32,432 nucleotides of DNA from an uncultured Gammaproteobacteria bacterium (GCA_964363945.1 CAYIKF010000004.1:1-32432); one strand, 5' to 3'. Positions 16,474 to 26,956 are shown, counted from the stretch's first letter. The notes: generated by a model from the letters alone, not told the origin. Program-made: numbers and translations.

Positions 16474-17772
16474 ATGCCCAATCAATTTACTGCTAGTCTT
16501 TGGGGAGATGAGGCATTTTCGGCAATTTTGGCACAAAAACCCCTTTGGGAAATTGTAACAACCTTAGTTCGCGACACATCACCTCCTGGATACTATTTTG
16601 TTGAACATTTCTGGCTGCAGGTTTTCGGAACTTCGGAAGTTGCAATCCGCAGCCTTTCCTTTGTTTTATTTTTAATAACTGTCTTTTTTGTCTACAAAAT
16701 TGGCGCCCTCGTCTGGGATAAAAAAACAGGGATTGTGGCCGCCATGCTCACATTTCTTAATCCATTCTTATTTATTTATGCTTTTGAAGGACGAATGTAC
16801 ATGATTATGACAGCAGGAGTCACTGCTTCAATGTATTTTTTCCTCACACGGAATTGGGTCTTTTATATTATCGCAACAACTATCGCTCTTTATTCTCACC
16901 ACTTTGCCATCTTTGCCGTCTTTGTCCAGGGATTATGGTTCTTAAAGGAATTGGCAATTGGAAATTGGAAATTGGTAATTCCAATGCTTAAGGCATTTTT
17001 AGTCATAGCATTGGCTTACCTCCCTTGGGTTTATCCGCTCTATTCACAGACACGCATGGTAGGAGCTGGTTTCTGGTTAGGTAAACCGAGCCTCCGAGAC
17101 GCGTGGGAACTCATTCGCAAGTTCTTAACTGAGGCCTCACCTCATAAACTTGCGACGCCTATCCTTTACCTTTTTTGGGTTACTCTTCTTTTCCGTCGTT
17201 GGGAGCGCAACAAGGAAATGACTCTATTTTTCCTCGCGTGGTTCTTGATACCCATAGCACTAACGTATCTTATATCGCAACAGTTTCAATCAATATTTTT
17301 TGACAGATACATGCTTTATACTATTCCTGGCGCGATGCTTGTCCTGGCATCCAATAGGCGACGGATATCAGAGGCACTTCTGGTCTTTGCAGTAATTCTC
17401 CTTTTTATAATTAATTGGTTCTACTTTACACATCCTACAAAACGTCCATTTCGGGAGCTTGCAACGTATGTAAAACAAACCCAAAAACCAGGCGATTTCT
17501 TAGTAAACCATAACGCTGCCGCCCACCATCTTTGGGAATCAAAGTATTACGGTATCCCAGCACCACTTTGGGTTCCTGAAGGAGAGCTTCCCTTTTATGT
17601 GGGCACCGCTTTAATGGAAAAAGAGGATACCGTTCGCACTATTCCCGACGCTACACGTATTGGCATCATTACGAGTGGCAATCTTGCAGAGATAAATCTT
17701 GTAGGCTATACTCAAAAAGAGACGAAATCGTTTGGGCCACTAACCTTTGCATGGTATGAAAAACATCCTTAA
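16474..17772 (+). CDS. GT-C glycosyltransferase (PMT_2/ArnT-like)
   Basis: SLWGDEAFS, DTSPPGYY, EVAIRSLS, EGRMY; polytopic. Confidence 0.88.
   Translation: MPNQFTASLWGDEAFSAILAQKPLWEIVTTLVRDTSPPGYYFVEHFWLQVFGTSEVAIRSLSFVLFLITVFFVYKIGALVWDKKTGIVAAMLTFLNPFLFIYAFEGRMYMIMTAGVTASMYFFLTRNWVFYIIATTIALYSHHFAIFAVFVQGLWFLKELAIGNWKLVIPMLKAFLVIALAYLPWVYPLYSQTRMVGAGFWLGKPSLRDAWELIRKFLTEASPHKLATPILYLFWVTLLFRRWERNKEMTLFFLAWFLIPIALTYLISQQFQSIFFDRYMLYTIPGAMLVLASNRRRISEALLVFAVILLFIINWFYFTHPTKRPFRELATYVKQTQKPGDFLVNHNAAAHHLWESKYYGIPAPLWVPEGELPFYVGTALMEKEDTVRTIPDATRIGIITSGNLAEINLVGYTQKETKSFGPLTFAWYEKHP
16949..16980. repeat. AATTGGN heptamer array (4.5 units)
   Basis: aattggc aattgga aattgga aattggt aatt; encodes ELAIGNWKLVI. 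Confidence 0.88.
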
Positions 17773-19249
17773 CAACATATCTAGGGAAATCCACCTTCCT
17801 ATCTGGCTTATTACCCTCCTTGTCATTGTATTTCTTCTGCGCATTCCCTCATTTTTTGAACCTTACTGGTATGGAGATGAACAAATTTACTTGACACTTG
17901 GTCAGGGCATCGGGAAAGAACTCCTTCTATATCGTGACCTCTACGATAACAAACCACCGCTCTTGTATCTTGTCGCCGCGATAGCAGGCAACCTCTTTTG
18001 GTTCAAAGTCATTCTTGGCTTTTGGAGTATTACCACAATTGTGCTCTTTTATAAACTTGCGCAACTACTTTGGGCAGGGAACGAGCGGGTAGTGCGGTAC
18101 GCGACCATTACTCTTACCCTCCTTACCACCATCCCTCTTCTTGAAGGAAACATTGCAAACGCAGAACTCTTTATGATACTTCCTACTATTGCAAGCTTTC
18201 TTATTCTTCTGTCAGGAAGGATAAACCCTCGCCGAGTATTCATTGCGGGAATGGTCGCAGGCATTGGCGTGCTCTTTAAAGTACCCTCACTCATTGACAT
18301 AGGCGTACCGGTTGTACTTTGGTATGCAATATGGACCCTCCGTCGCATGAAGTTTAGCCAGTGGGTAGCGCAGAGCGGCCTCTTTGTCGCAGGGGCGGTT
18401 TCGCCCATCCTCTTATCTGTCATTTTCTTTGCAATTGCTGGCGCAGCCCGTGAATACATCAGTGCGGCGTTCCTGCAAACAGTGGGGTACTTGTCAAGTT
18501 GGCGGGTAGCCGAGGGAGGCTTCTTTACTCGTAATCAACCTCTTATTATGCGATTGGCCATTGGTGCTGTTGTCATCGCGATGCTACTTAGGCTCTATCA
18601 GCGGCATCGTGTCTCCCGGTCTTTTCTTTTTGCGAGCACATGGTTTGTCCTCTCTCTTTTTGCCGCATTACTCTCTGAGCGTCCCTATCCACACTACCTC
18701 ATCCAGGTAGTTCCCAGTTTTTCGCTGCTTGTCGGAGTAACCCTTGCCGCCAACGCAAGAGAACAGTTTTATCCCTACCCTCTCTTTGCGCTCTTGGGCG
18801 CCGCACTTATATTCTATAAGTTCACCTATTACGCCGTGTTTCCGTACTATGAGAATTTCCTCGGGTGGGTAATGAAGCGACAAACTGATACACAGTTCTT
18901 CTCACGCTTTGACCAGCGCACGCCCCGCAATTATGAAATTGCGCAATTTCTTACCCAAAGTGCGCAAGAGGATGACCGGCTGTTTGTATGGGGAGACGAG
19001 CCAGAGCTCTATGCACTCTCTCACCTCACGCCTGCTACACGGTATGTCGCCAGCTATCATGTGAAGGATTTAAGGGTATTTGATGAAGTTGCAGAGTCGC
19101 TACAATCCAACCCTCCTCGATTTATTGTCACTACTGGAAGTGAGTTAGAATTCCCTCAACTTGCCACGCTCCTAAACCTTCAGTATGTGCTGGTAAACTA
19201 CGTCCAGAATGCGCGTATCTGGCTTCATGTTGCCATCAACAAAGAATGA
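17756..19249 (+). CDS. GT-C glycosyltransferase (ArnT/PMT-like)
   Basis: WYGDEQIY, LYRDLYDNKPPLLY, NAELF, YPHY, LFVWG; ATG 17756 preferred. Confidence 0.87.
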   Translation: MKNILNNISREIHLPIWLITLLVIVFLLRIPSFFEPYWYGDEQIYLTLGQGIGKELLLYRDLYDNKPPLLYLVAAIAGNLFWFKVILGFWSITTIVLFYKLAQLLWAGNERVVRYATITLTLLTTIPLLEGNIANAELFMILPTIASFLILLSGRINPRRVFIAGMVAGIGVLFKVPSLIDIGVPVVLWYAIWTLRRMKFSQWVAQSGLFVAGAVSPILLSVIFFAIAGAAREYISAAFLQTVGYLSSWRVAEGGFFTRNQPLIMRLAIGAVVIAMLLRLYQRHRVSRSFLFASTWFVLSLFAALLSERPYPHYLIQVVPSFSLLVGVTLAANAREQFYPYPLFALLGAALIFYKFTYYAVFPYYENFLGWVMKRQTDTQFFSRFDQRTPRNYEIAQFLTQSAQEDDRLFVWGDEPELYALSHLTPATRYVASYHVKDLRVFDEVAESLQSNPPRFIVTTGSELEFPQLATLLNLQYVLVNYVQNARIWLHVAINKE

Positions 19250-19599
19250 AAATTGCGCTCACCAGACATGCTGACCCCTTACTCAAAAGAGTGCTCATCA
19301 TTTCTCTCTTCTTGGATATCTTTCTCATTGCAGGCATAGGAGCAGTGTATCGCTATCTCCCCCCCGAAGTTCCTCTTCTCTATAGTGCGCCGTGGGGGAA
19401 AGCACAAATAGTTCCACGGAGTTTTCTCTTTTTGGTACCCGCCGCTGCAGTATTCTTTCTTGGATGTACCGTACTCATCGAACGCGTTCTCACAGATAAA
19501 GATACGCTAGTATTGAAAGTTCTCTGGGGTGGTTGCGCATTTGCAACATTCTTGGGAACTATCACTGTTATGCGTGTGATATTCTTGTTCTTATGGTAG
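19246..19599 (+). CDS. Small membrane protein (DUF1648-like)
   Basis: 3 TMs with LPPEVPLLYSAPWG; ATGA overlap with the upstream stop codon. Confidence 0.75.
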   Translation: MKIALTRHADPLLKRVLIISLFLDIFLIAGIGAVYRYLPPEVPLLYSAPWGKAQIVPRSFLFLVPAAAVFFLGCTVLIERVLTDKDTLVLKVLWGGCAFATFLGTITVMRVIFLFLW

Positions 19600-20648
19600 A
19601 AGGAGAATTTCTTTCATTCCTTCCGTTTGTCCTCTCCGCAATCATTGCGGCACTGGTCACCGCACTGGTTATTCGGACAGCTCCTTCTTTTGGTATCGTT
19701 GATAACCCAAGAAAAAGACAACATCCCGCAATCTTACATACGACACCGACTCCTCGCGGAGGGGGTATCCCTATCTTTGTAGCACTTCTCATTAGCACAC
19801 TTTTCTTTCTGCCTTTAAATCTCAAACTGGCGGGGATTATGGGAGGAGCGCTGTTGCTACTCGTGGTAGGAATAGCTGACGACCGACGGGATGTATCGCC
19901 ACTTTTTAGGTTAGTTGCGAATATTGTCGCTGCAGGAGCGGTGGTAGCAACAGGCATTACCATCCCTTTTATCACCAATCCCTTTGGGGGTATTATCAAT
20001 CTCAGTGTGAGCCCACTAATAGCTGCAATTGGCACAGTGGTGTGGATTGTTGCTATTACCAACATCGTCTCGTGGTCATCAGGAGTTGATGGACAACTTT
20101 CAGGATTTGTTCCCATAGCCGCTGCAACAATTGGAGGACTCTCTTTGCGATTCACGCAGGATATCACCGCGTGGCCTGCCGTCACCCTCTCGCTTATTGT
20201 GGGCGGGGCATACCTTGGTTTTTTGCTCTTTAGTGTTTATCCGCAACGTATTATGCCCGGCTACAGCGGGGGTGCACTGGCAGGATATCTACTCGCTGTT
20301 CTTGCCATCATTTCAGGAGCAAAGCTAGCAACTGCAATAATTGTGCTAGGCATTCCGGTGATGGACGCGCTGTTTGTCATTCTTCGACGCGTAGTTGGTG
20401 GAAAATCGCCTCTTTGGGCAGACGCGGGACACCTTCACCACCGCCTCCTTGCGGCTGGGTGGAACAAACCCCAAGTCGCCGCATTCTATTGGGGAGTTGC
20501 GGTAATCTTGGGTTTTTTAGTACTTCATTTGAATAGTCAAGCCAAATTCTATACAATCGTAATGCTTGCTGTAGTTACTGGAGGATTACTTTTGTGGTTA
20601 ACAAGATTAAGGCTCTTATTGCGTCAGCCCGGCCAACCCACTGGGTAA
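19593..20648 (+). CDS. WecA/TagO/MraY-family polyprenyl-phosphate sugar-1-phosphate transferase
   Basis: TPRGGG, GIADDR, SGVDGQ, ADAGHLHHRL; ATG 19593 preferred. Confidence 0.92.
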   Translation: MVEGEFLSFLPFVLSAIIAALVTALVIRTAPSFGIVDNPRKRQHPAILHTTPTPRGGGIPIFVALLISTLFFLPLNLKLAGIMGGALLLLVVGIADDRRDVSPLFRLVANIVAAGAVVATGITIPFITNPFGGIINLSVSPLIAAIGTVVWIVAITNIVSWSSGVDGQLSGFVPIAAATIGGLSLRFTQDITAWPAVTLSLIVGGAYLGFLLFSVYPQRIMPGYSGGALAGYLLAVLAIISGAKLATAIIVLGIPVMDALFVILRRVVGGKSPLWADAGHLHHRLLAAGWNKPQVAAFYWGVAVILGFLVLHLNSQAKFYTIVMLAVVTGGLLLWLTRLRLLLRQPGQPTG

Positions 20649-21508
20649 AAAATCTACTTCTGTTTGCGCCCCTTATTTTTTCCGGCAATCTCACAAATAG
20701 AGAACTCTTTATAGCGACCCTAGAGGCAGTCGCCATCTTCTCACTCGCGGTAAGCGGCATCTATATGTTCAATGACATTGTTGATAGAAACCGTGATCGT
20801 CTTCACCCTGTAAAACGTCGTCGGCCCATAGCACAGGGAACGCTCTCGCTTCCCATTGCGCTCTTTACAGCAACAGTATTTATCGTCAGTGCCCTTTTCT
20901 TAGCCTCATTTATCTCATTTTTCTTTCTTTTTGCACTTGTCGTTTATTTATTGCTCCAAGTAGGGTACACACTACTGTTTAAACACATTCCAGTCGCTGA
21001 CATTTTGGCAATTGCCGCAGGATTTGTGCTACGAGTATGGGCGGGTGCATTTGTCATTGATGTCCATCTCTCGGTGTGGTTTTTGTTGTGCGTCATTTCT
21101 ACCTCGCTTTTCTTGGCTGCAGGCAAGCGGAAAGCCGAACTTGCAATTCTTCACCAGTTTGGGAAAGTTCGGGAATTTGTGTATGAAACCACGCTACTGG
21201 ACGCCTTTCTTACTATGTTTGGAACGGCAACGTGGTTGTCCTGGGCATTGTTCACCTTCTTTGAACCATCACCTAATATTGGACTGCTCCCGTTATCATC
21301 CGATCTTCCTCTCACACTTGGAGGAATTGGGAAATGGCTCATGTTGACTATTCCCGTAGTCATCTTCGGTATTATGCGTTACCTCTTTATTGCGATGACG
21401 TTGACGCCGCTTGCTGAATCACCAGAGAGAACACTCATTCGTGACCGACAGTTACTCGGTGCAGTGGTGCTGTGGGGAGTGTTGTTAATACTTGTCCTCT
21501 ATTCCTAA
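20594..21508 (+). CDS. UbiA-family prenyltransferase, decaprenyl-phosphate phosphoribosyltransferase-like
   Basis: RPTHWVKNLL, YMFNDIVDRNRDRLHPVKRRRPIA, GFVLRV..G, GKRKAE, GIMRY, PE. Confidence 0.88.
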   Translation: MVNKIKALIASARPTHWVKNLLLFAPLIFSGNLTNRELFIATLEAVAIFSLAVSGIYMFNDIVDRNRDRLHPVKRRRPIAQGTLSLPIALFTATVFIVSALFLASFISFFFLFALVVYLLLQVGYTLLFKHIPVADILAIAAGFVLRVWAGAFVIDVHLSVWFLLCVISTSLFLAAGKRKAELAILHQFGKVREFVYETTLLDAFLTMFGTATWLSWALFTFFEPSPNIGLLPLSSDLPLTLGGIGKWLMLTIPVVIFGIMRYLFIAMTLTPLAESPERTLIRDRQLLGAVVLWGVLLILVLYS

Positions 21509-22336
21509 CTACTGCTCCACCTTTTTCGTATATTGGGCTGAAATCCAACCGGTTTTGCCTTCTTCGTACTCAATTTTGTACCAACTTTTATCTTCATTTT
21601 CTTCCAAGAGCGTGTACCGTTTTCCGGGCGTTACGCGTGCGCTCTCTGTAGCAGTAGTTGAAGGCTCTGTCCTCACTCGCAAAAACCCAGTCGGCGTTGT
21701 CAAAATCTCAACAAGCTGGATTTTTTGTTGGGTTGTCTCTTCCACCTTTTTCTCTTCTTGCGCTTCTGGGAGCTTGGCAAGCTTAGCAATAATGGTAAGT
21801 TTATATCCTGCTACTGTTTGAATGTTCATTTCGCGAGGGCTATACCCTTCAGCGCTTAACCGAAGCGTGTGTTGCCCCGGTTCGGCTTCTTCAATCTTCC
21901 GTGGGGTAAATCCAATTGTCTTGCCATCCAGTGAAATTTGTGCGGCATCAGGAGTTGATACAATTGCCACAGTTGCCACTCTTCCACCCATTTTTTCAAA
22001 AAGAAGCACTTCGCCAGACGATTCATCCTCTGTTGGGCCAAAACTTCGTTTAATTACCGTCTCTATGCCTGATACGAGCGTCACTTTTGTTTCAAAGGGC
22101 ACAAGCGGAGACCCTTGCGCAAAAGGAATGAGTTTGACCGTCACCTCGCTGGGACGTCTTTGCGCTCTGAAAGGGGTGGTACCCACTTGCTCTCCATCCA
22201 GAAAAACCGTTGCAGTCGGTTCTGTCTCAATTAAAATACCTGCCGAAGCTTGTGCAATCCTGCTACGGATAAAAAATAGTGCTGCCAACGCACCTGCTAG
22301 GAGTATTATCCCAATGAGAATAACCTTACGAGACAT
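21509..22336 (-). CDS. Membrane-anchored PEGA-domain protein with a C-terminal SH3-like domain
   Basis: TM; ETEPTATVFLDG..GTTP and STPDAAQISLDG..GFTP (two PEGA domains); GFLRVR..WYKI..GWIS (SH3b-like). Confidence 0.88.
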   Translation of the reverse strand: MSRKVILIGIILLAGALAALFFIRSRIAQASAGILIETEPTATVFLDGEQVGTTPFRAQRRPSEVTVKLIPFAQGSPLVPFETKVTLVSGIETVIKRSFGPTEDESSGEVLLFEKMGGRVATVAIVSTPDAAQISLDGKTIGFTPRKIEEAEPGQHTLRLSAEGYSPREMNIQTVAGYKLTIIAKLAKLPEAQEEKKVEETTQQKIQLVEILTTPTGFLRVRTEPSTTATESARVTPGKRYTLLEENEDKSWYKIEYEEGKTGWISAQYTKKVEQ

Positions 22337-22363
22337 ACAAAAACCCCAGTTCTACGGGGATAA

Positions 22364-22405
22364 CCTGCCTCGCTCGCCTCGCGTCGAAGCGGGCCGGCAG
22401 GCAGG
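22364..22405. repeat. 20-bp palindrome CCTGCCTGCCGGCAGGCAGG interrupted by a 22-bp GC-rich insert
   Basis: CCTGCCT[cgctcgcctcgcgtcgaagcgg]GCCGGCAGGCAGG, between the putative promoter and the ATG of the PEGA gene. Confidence 0.85.
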
Positions 22406-22484
22406 ATGAGGAAACTATAGCAAAAAGGAGGTCAGCTGTCTAGGGTGTAAGATTGCACACAGGTCTTACAGTAAGGAGCTTTGC

Positions 22485-22504
22485 CAGGTACCATATGGTA
22501 CCTG
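22485..22504. repeat. Perfect 20-bp palindrome upstream of the tRNA promoter
   Basis: CAGGTACCATATGGTACCTG; a second stem, TGTAAGA..TCTTACA, lies at 22446-22470. Confidence 0.85.
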
Positions 22505-22545
22505 ATTTTGTGTTTTGAAATTGAGATGGTACAATAGGCTTATAG

Positions 22546-22617
22546 GGCCTGGTAGCCAAGAGGTAAGGCTGGAGTCTGCAAAACTCCTATGCGCGGGTTC
22601 GAATCCCGCCCAGGCCT
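22546..22617 (+). tRNA. tRNA-Cys (GCA); CCA not encoded
   Basis: Acceptor GGCCTGG/CCAGGCC, discriminator U; anticodon arm GGAGT-CT-GCA-AA-ACTCC; T arm GCGGG-TTCGAAT-CCCGC; upstream TGG-TACAAT (22527-22535). Confidence 0.97.
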
Positions 22618-22668
22618 CAAAAGAGTCATTACTATATTATAGGATGTTTGTGAATATTGTACCGTCCC

Positions 22669-22697
22669 TTGACTTTTAACATCTCATAGTATATACT
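22669..22697 (+). promoter_or_regulatory. Sigma70-type promoter for the M23 gene
   Basis: TTGACT-17 nt-TATACT. Confidence 0.72.
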
Positions 22698-22770
22698 ATT
22701 GACCATCTCCGTCCAGAAAAGCGGAGATTTTTTATGCCCTGATTTGTACACTTCTAGGGCATTTTTGTAT

Positions 22771-23439
22771 ATGGTTAAACTTACTCTCAATTTAGCTCGG
22801 TACCGCATACGGGTTGCACTTACCTCAGCGCGGCCGGGTCGTCGTGACAAGTTGCTTACGGCACTTGAGGAGATTTTAAAAGTCCGCGTGGGAAGCCGAA
22901 TAAGCCGATTATTCCGATTAATTCTTAACAGAAAGAGACTTCAACGTTTACTTGGAGGTATTCTTGCTGTACTCATTATGACAACCAATCTCTTTCCTCC
23001 TACTTCAGCTGTATTCTCAGCACAGCCAGAGACAATCACCTTACCTGCTACAGAGCAGCCCGTTTTGACAGAAGTGGTACGAAGATACCCAGTGAACGGA
23101 CAACCGCGCATTACGCAAGGATATACTCGCTTTCATGGGGGAATAGACATTGACGGTGTGACAGGAGATCCTGTATATCCAGTAATGAATGGAAAAGTAA
23201 GCTCTTCAGGAGTGGAGTTCTTTCTTGGAAAAACGGTACGCGTGAGCCACGAGGACGGGTACCAAACTGTTTATGCTCACTTAAACACGATTAACGTGCG
23301 TGTAGGACAAGAGGTAAATACGAGCACTAAAATTGGTGCTATGGGAGCAACTGGACATGCATTTGGCGATCACCTTCACCTTGAGGCGTACAAAAACGGT
23401 CGAAATGTGAGCCCATATACTATCCTGCCACCTAGGTAA
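22771..23439 (+). CDS. M23-family peptidoglycan endopeptidase with an N-terminal membrane anchor
   Basis: HGGID, YAHL, HLHLE zinc motifs; ATG 22771 preferred because TTG 22699 lies immediately after the -10 box. Confidence 0.92.
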   Translation: MVKLTLNLARYRIRVALTSARPGRRDKLLTALEEILKVRVGSRISRLFRLILNRKRLQRLLGGILAVLIMTTNLFPPTSAVFSAQPETITLPATEQPVLTEVVRRYPVNGQPRITQGYTRFHGGIDIDGVTGDPVYPVMNGKVSSSGVEFFLGKTVRVSHEDGYQTVYAHLNTINVRVGQEVNTSTKIGAMGATGHAFGDHLHLEAYKNGRNVSPYTILPPR

Positions 23440-23905
23440 CATTAAGGCCATTGAGTCTTGCTTTTGCTGCAGCAATAAATTCTTTACTCTCTGTGAGTGA
23501 AGCTCGATCTTCTGCTTCGCTTAATGGAACCCACTCGTGTTCATGTTTACCCTCTTTATTTACAACCTCACCTGCCCATCGTGTAATAAGAAACACTCTG
23601 GATCTGTAAAAATGTTGATTGGGTGTGGTAAATTCCGTCTCAATTAGAAAAGTTATTGACTCTGGAACAACTCCAAACTCTTCTCCCGCCTCTCGGAATA
23701 AAGCATTAATAAAAGGGTCCCCTCCTTGAAGATAATCTTCTGGTTCTAATTTACCCGCAGGAACAACCACAAAACCCGCCATTTTATCGCCCTTAAATTT
23801 AGCTCGTCTTTCTTCTAACAGAAACTCATTTGTATTTGGATCGTAAAGAAGAAAAATTGCTAACTCATGAGTAGGAGGTGGTGACCCTTCTGTTTTCTCA
23901 ATCAT
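23432..23905 (-). CDS. NUDIX hydrolase
   Basis: PAGKLEPED..ALFREAGEEFG Nudix box with a lengthened loop. Confidence 0.85.
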   Translation of the reverse strand: MIEKTEGSPPPTHELAIFLLYDPNTNEFLLEERRAKFKGDKMAGFVVVPAGKLEPEDYLQGGDPFINALFREAGEEFGVVPESITFLIETEFTTPNQHFYRSRVFLITRWAGEVVNKEGKHEHEWVPLSEAEDRASLTESKEFIAAAKARLNGLNVT

Positions 23906-23909
23906 CAAA

Positions 23910-24914
23910 CTATTTTACCATAAAAAAGTACCTCTCTCCCTTTGTTTTAAATGGAAATTTTACTACTCCATATACTATCAACACTCCTATTCCCAAAAAC
24001 CCTACCAACAGATGTCGAACACGCAAAATGAGTGTCAAACCTACTCCTAACGCCGCACTATAGCCCAACAAACTAAGAGTATACGCGCCTGCTGCCTCAG
24101 CAGTCCCAAGAGCTTGGGAAATAGGAGTAAGAAAAGCAAATGTATAGCCTGTTTCAATGATTGCCGGCTCAAGAATCCCCACAACATTACCTAAAAAGAG
24201 AAGAATCAGAAAAATCTCAAGAAGTACCCCTGCGTGACCGAGTAAACTTACCGCGAGCAGCACCCCGACTCCTCTCTTGTTGTTTTTGAAAAAATCCGAG
24301 AAAGCAAGCACTAAATCACGGAGCGCGAGAGCTGTGCGTTCCCAAAAAGAAACCTTCTTTTTCTCTTTAATGGATGGTTCTATTCTTAGAGCAAACAAAA
24401 AGGCAAGAAGAAATAATAAGAGTATCAAGAAGGTCAAAAGCACCAATGTCGTCACCGGGCCATTTGAAAATCGTGTGAGTAAAAAGGCTGTTGTTGCTAC
24501 AAAGCTTACCGTCATGGTTACAAACGATGTTGTTACCGAATCAACAACCATTACTGCCACTCCCACGCGCGTTGGTACACGCTCTCCCCGAAGCAGTACA
24601 ACCCCGGTAACCTGCCCTCCCACAACCGTAACCTGTGTAAAGTACTCAACCGCAAACGAAGCAAGTTTAAAAAGATACAGCTTCCAGAAAGACACGCTGT
24701 ATTGATAAAACTCAAGAATAATACGCCACTTAATCGCACCTAAAGTCCATAAAAGCAACCGCAATGCAACGAGTGCCATGAACTGTCCTACTGTAATCTT
24801 TCGAAGTGAAGCGATAATTTCACCAGGATTAATAACCGAGAAGACGATAAAAAGAAAGACTATACCAAGCAAAAACGATACGAAGGAGATAAATGCGCCG
24901 CCCTTGCGCACCAT
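23910..24914 (-). CDS. Lysylphosphatidylglycerol-synthase TM-like (UPF0104, flippase-like) membrane protein
   Basis: Polytopic; KWRIIL, VGGQ, P..LGTAEA, LRVRHL pattern; TACAAT 8 nt upstream of the start. Confidence 0.78.
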   Translation of the reverse strand: MVRKGGAFISFVSFLLGIVFLFIVFSVINPGEIIASLRKITVGQFMALVALRLLLWTLGAIKWRIILEFYQYSVSFWKLYLFKLASFAVEYFTQVTVVGGQVTGVVLLRGERVPTRVGVAVMVVDSVTTSFVTMTVSFVATTAFLLTRFSNGPVTTLVLLTFLILLLFLLAFLFALRIEPSIKEKKKVSFWERTALALRDLVLAFSDFFKNNKRGVGVLLAVSLLGHAGVLLEIFLILLFLGNVVGILEPAIIETGYTFAFLTPISQALGTAEAAGAYTLSLLGYSAALGVGLTLILRVRHLLVGFLGIGVLIVYGVVKFPFKTKGERYFFMVK

Positions 24915-24941
24915 ACTTTATAATTGTACTACAAATCCACT

Positions 24942-26570
<1,629 letters not shown>

Positions 26571-26888
26571 TTATGCGTTTTCTACCGCTAATATATCCTC
26601 AAATCTCACAAACAAATAGTCTTTTCCGTCAATTTTAATCTCATTTCCTCCCCATTTTTTGTAATAGACCTTGTCACCTACTTTACAAGGTGCAGGTTTT
26701 TTTGCCCCTGAATCTGTAGTATCTGGATCACCTACTGCCAATACTTTTCCTTTTTGTGGTTTTTCTTCTGCAGACTCAGGAAGCACAATACCCGAAGGTG
26801 TTTGACGAACCGCTTCTTGCGGCTCAAGTAAAACATTACCCGCTGTTGGGCGAATGTTTAATTTTGAACTTGTTTTTGTTCTTGGCAT
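26571..26888 (-). CDS. groS: Co-chaperonin GroES
   Basis: SGIVLPESAEEKPQKGKVLAVG, KVGDKV, EDILA; ATG 26888 preferred. Confidence 0.96.
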   Translation of the reverse strand: MPRTKTSSKLNIRPTAGNVLLEPQEAVRQTPSGIVLPESAEEKPQKGKVLAVGDPDTTDSGAKKPAPCKVGDKVYYKKWGGNEIKIDGKDYLFVRFEDILAVENA

Positions 26889-26896
26889 ATAATTTA

Positions 26897-26920
26897 ACCA
26901 ATCGCGTTGAACGCGACCAA
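26897..26920. repeat. 15-bp inverted repeat flanked by direct repeats in the groES leader
   Basis: aCCAA-TCGCGTTgAACGCGA-CCAA. Confidence 0.65.
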
Positions 26921-26929
26921 CAGAAAAGG

Positions 26930-26956
26930 CTATCACTTGATAACCTCGACTGCTAT
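26930..26956 (-). promoter_or_regulatory. Degenerate CIRCE-like operator (HrcA)
   Basis: Minus strand ATAGCAGTC-N9-AAGTGATAG versus consensus TTAGCACTC-N9-GAGTGCTAA, at the groES transcription start. Confidence 0.6.

Noticed and set aside
22546-22700. tRNA-Cys as an integration site for an island
   Set aside because: No integrase and no duplicated tRNA 3' end were seen in the window.
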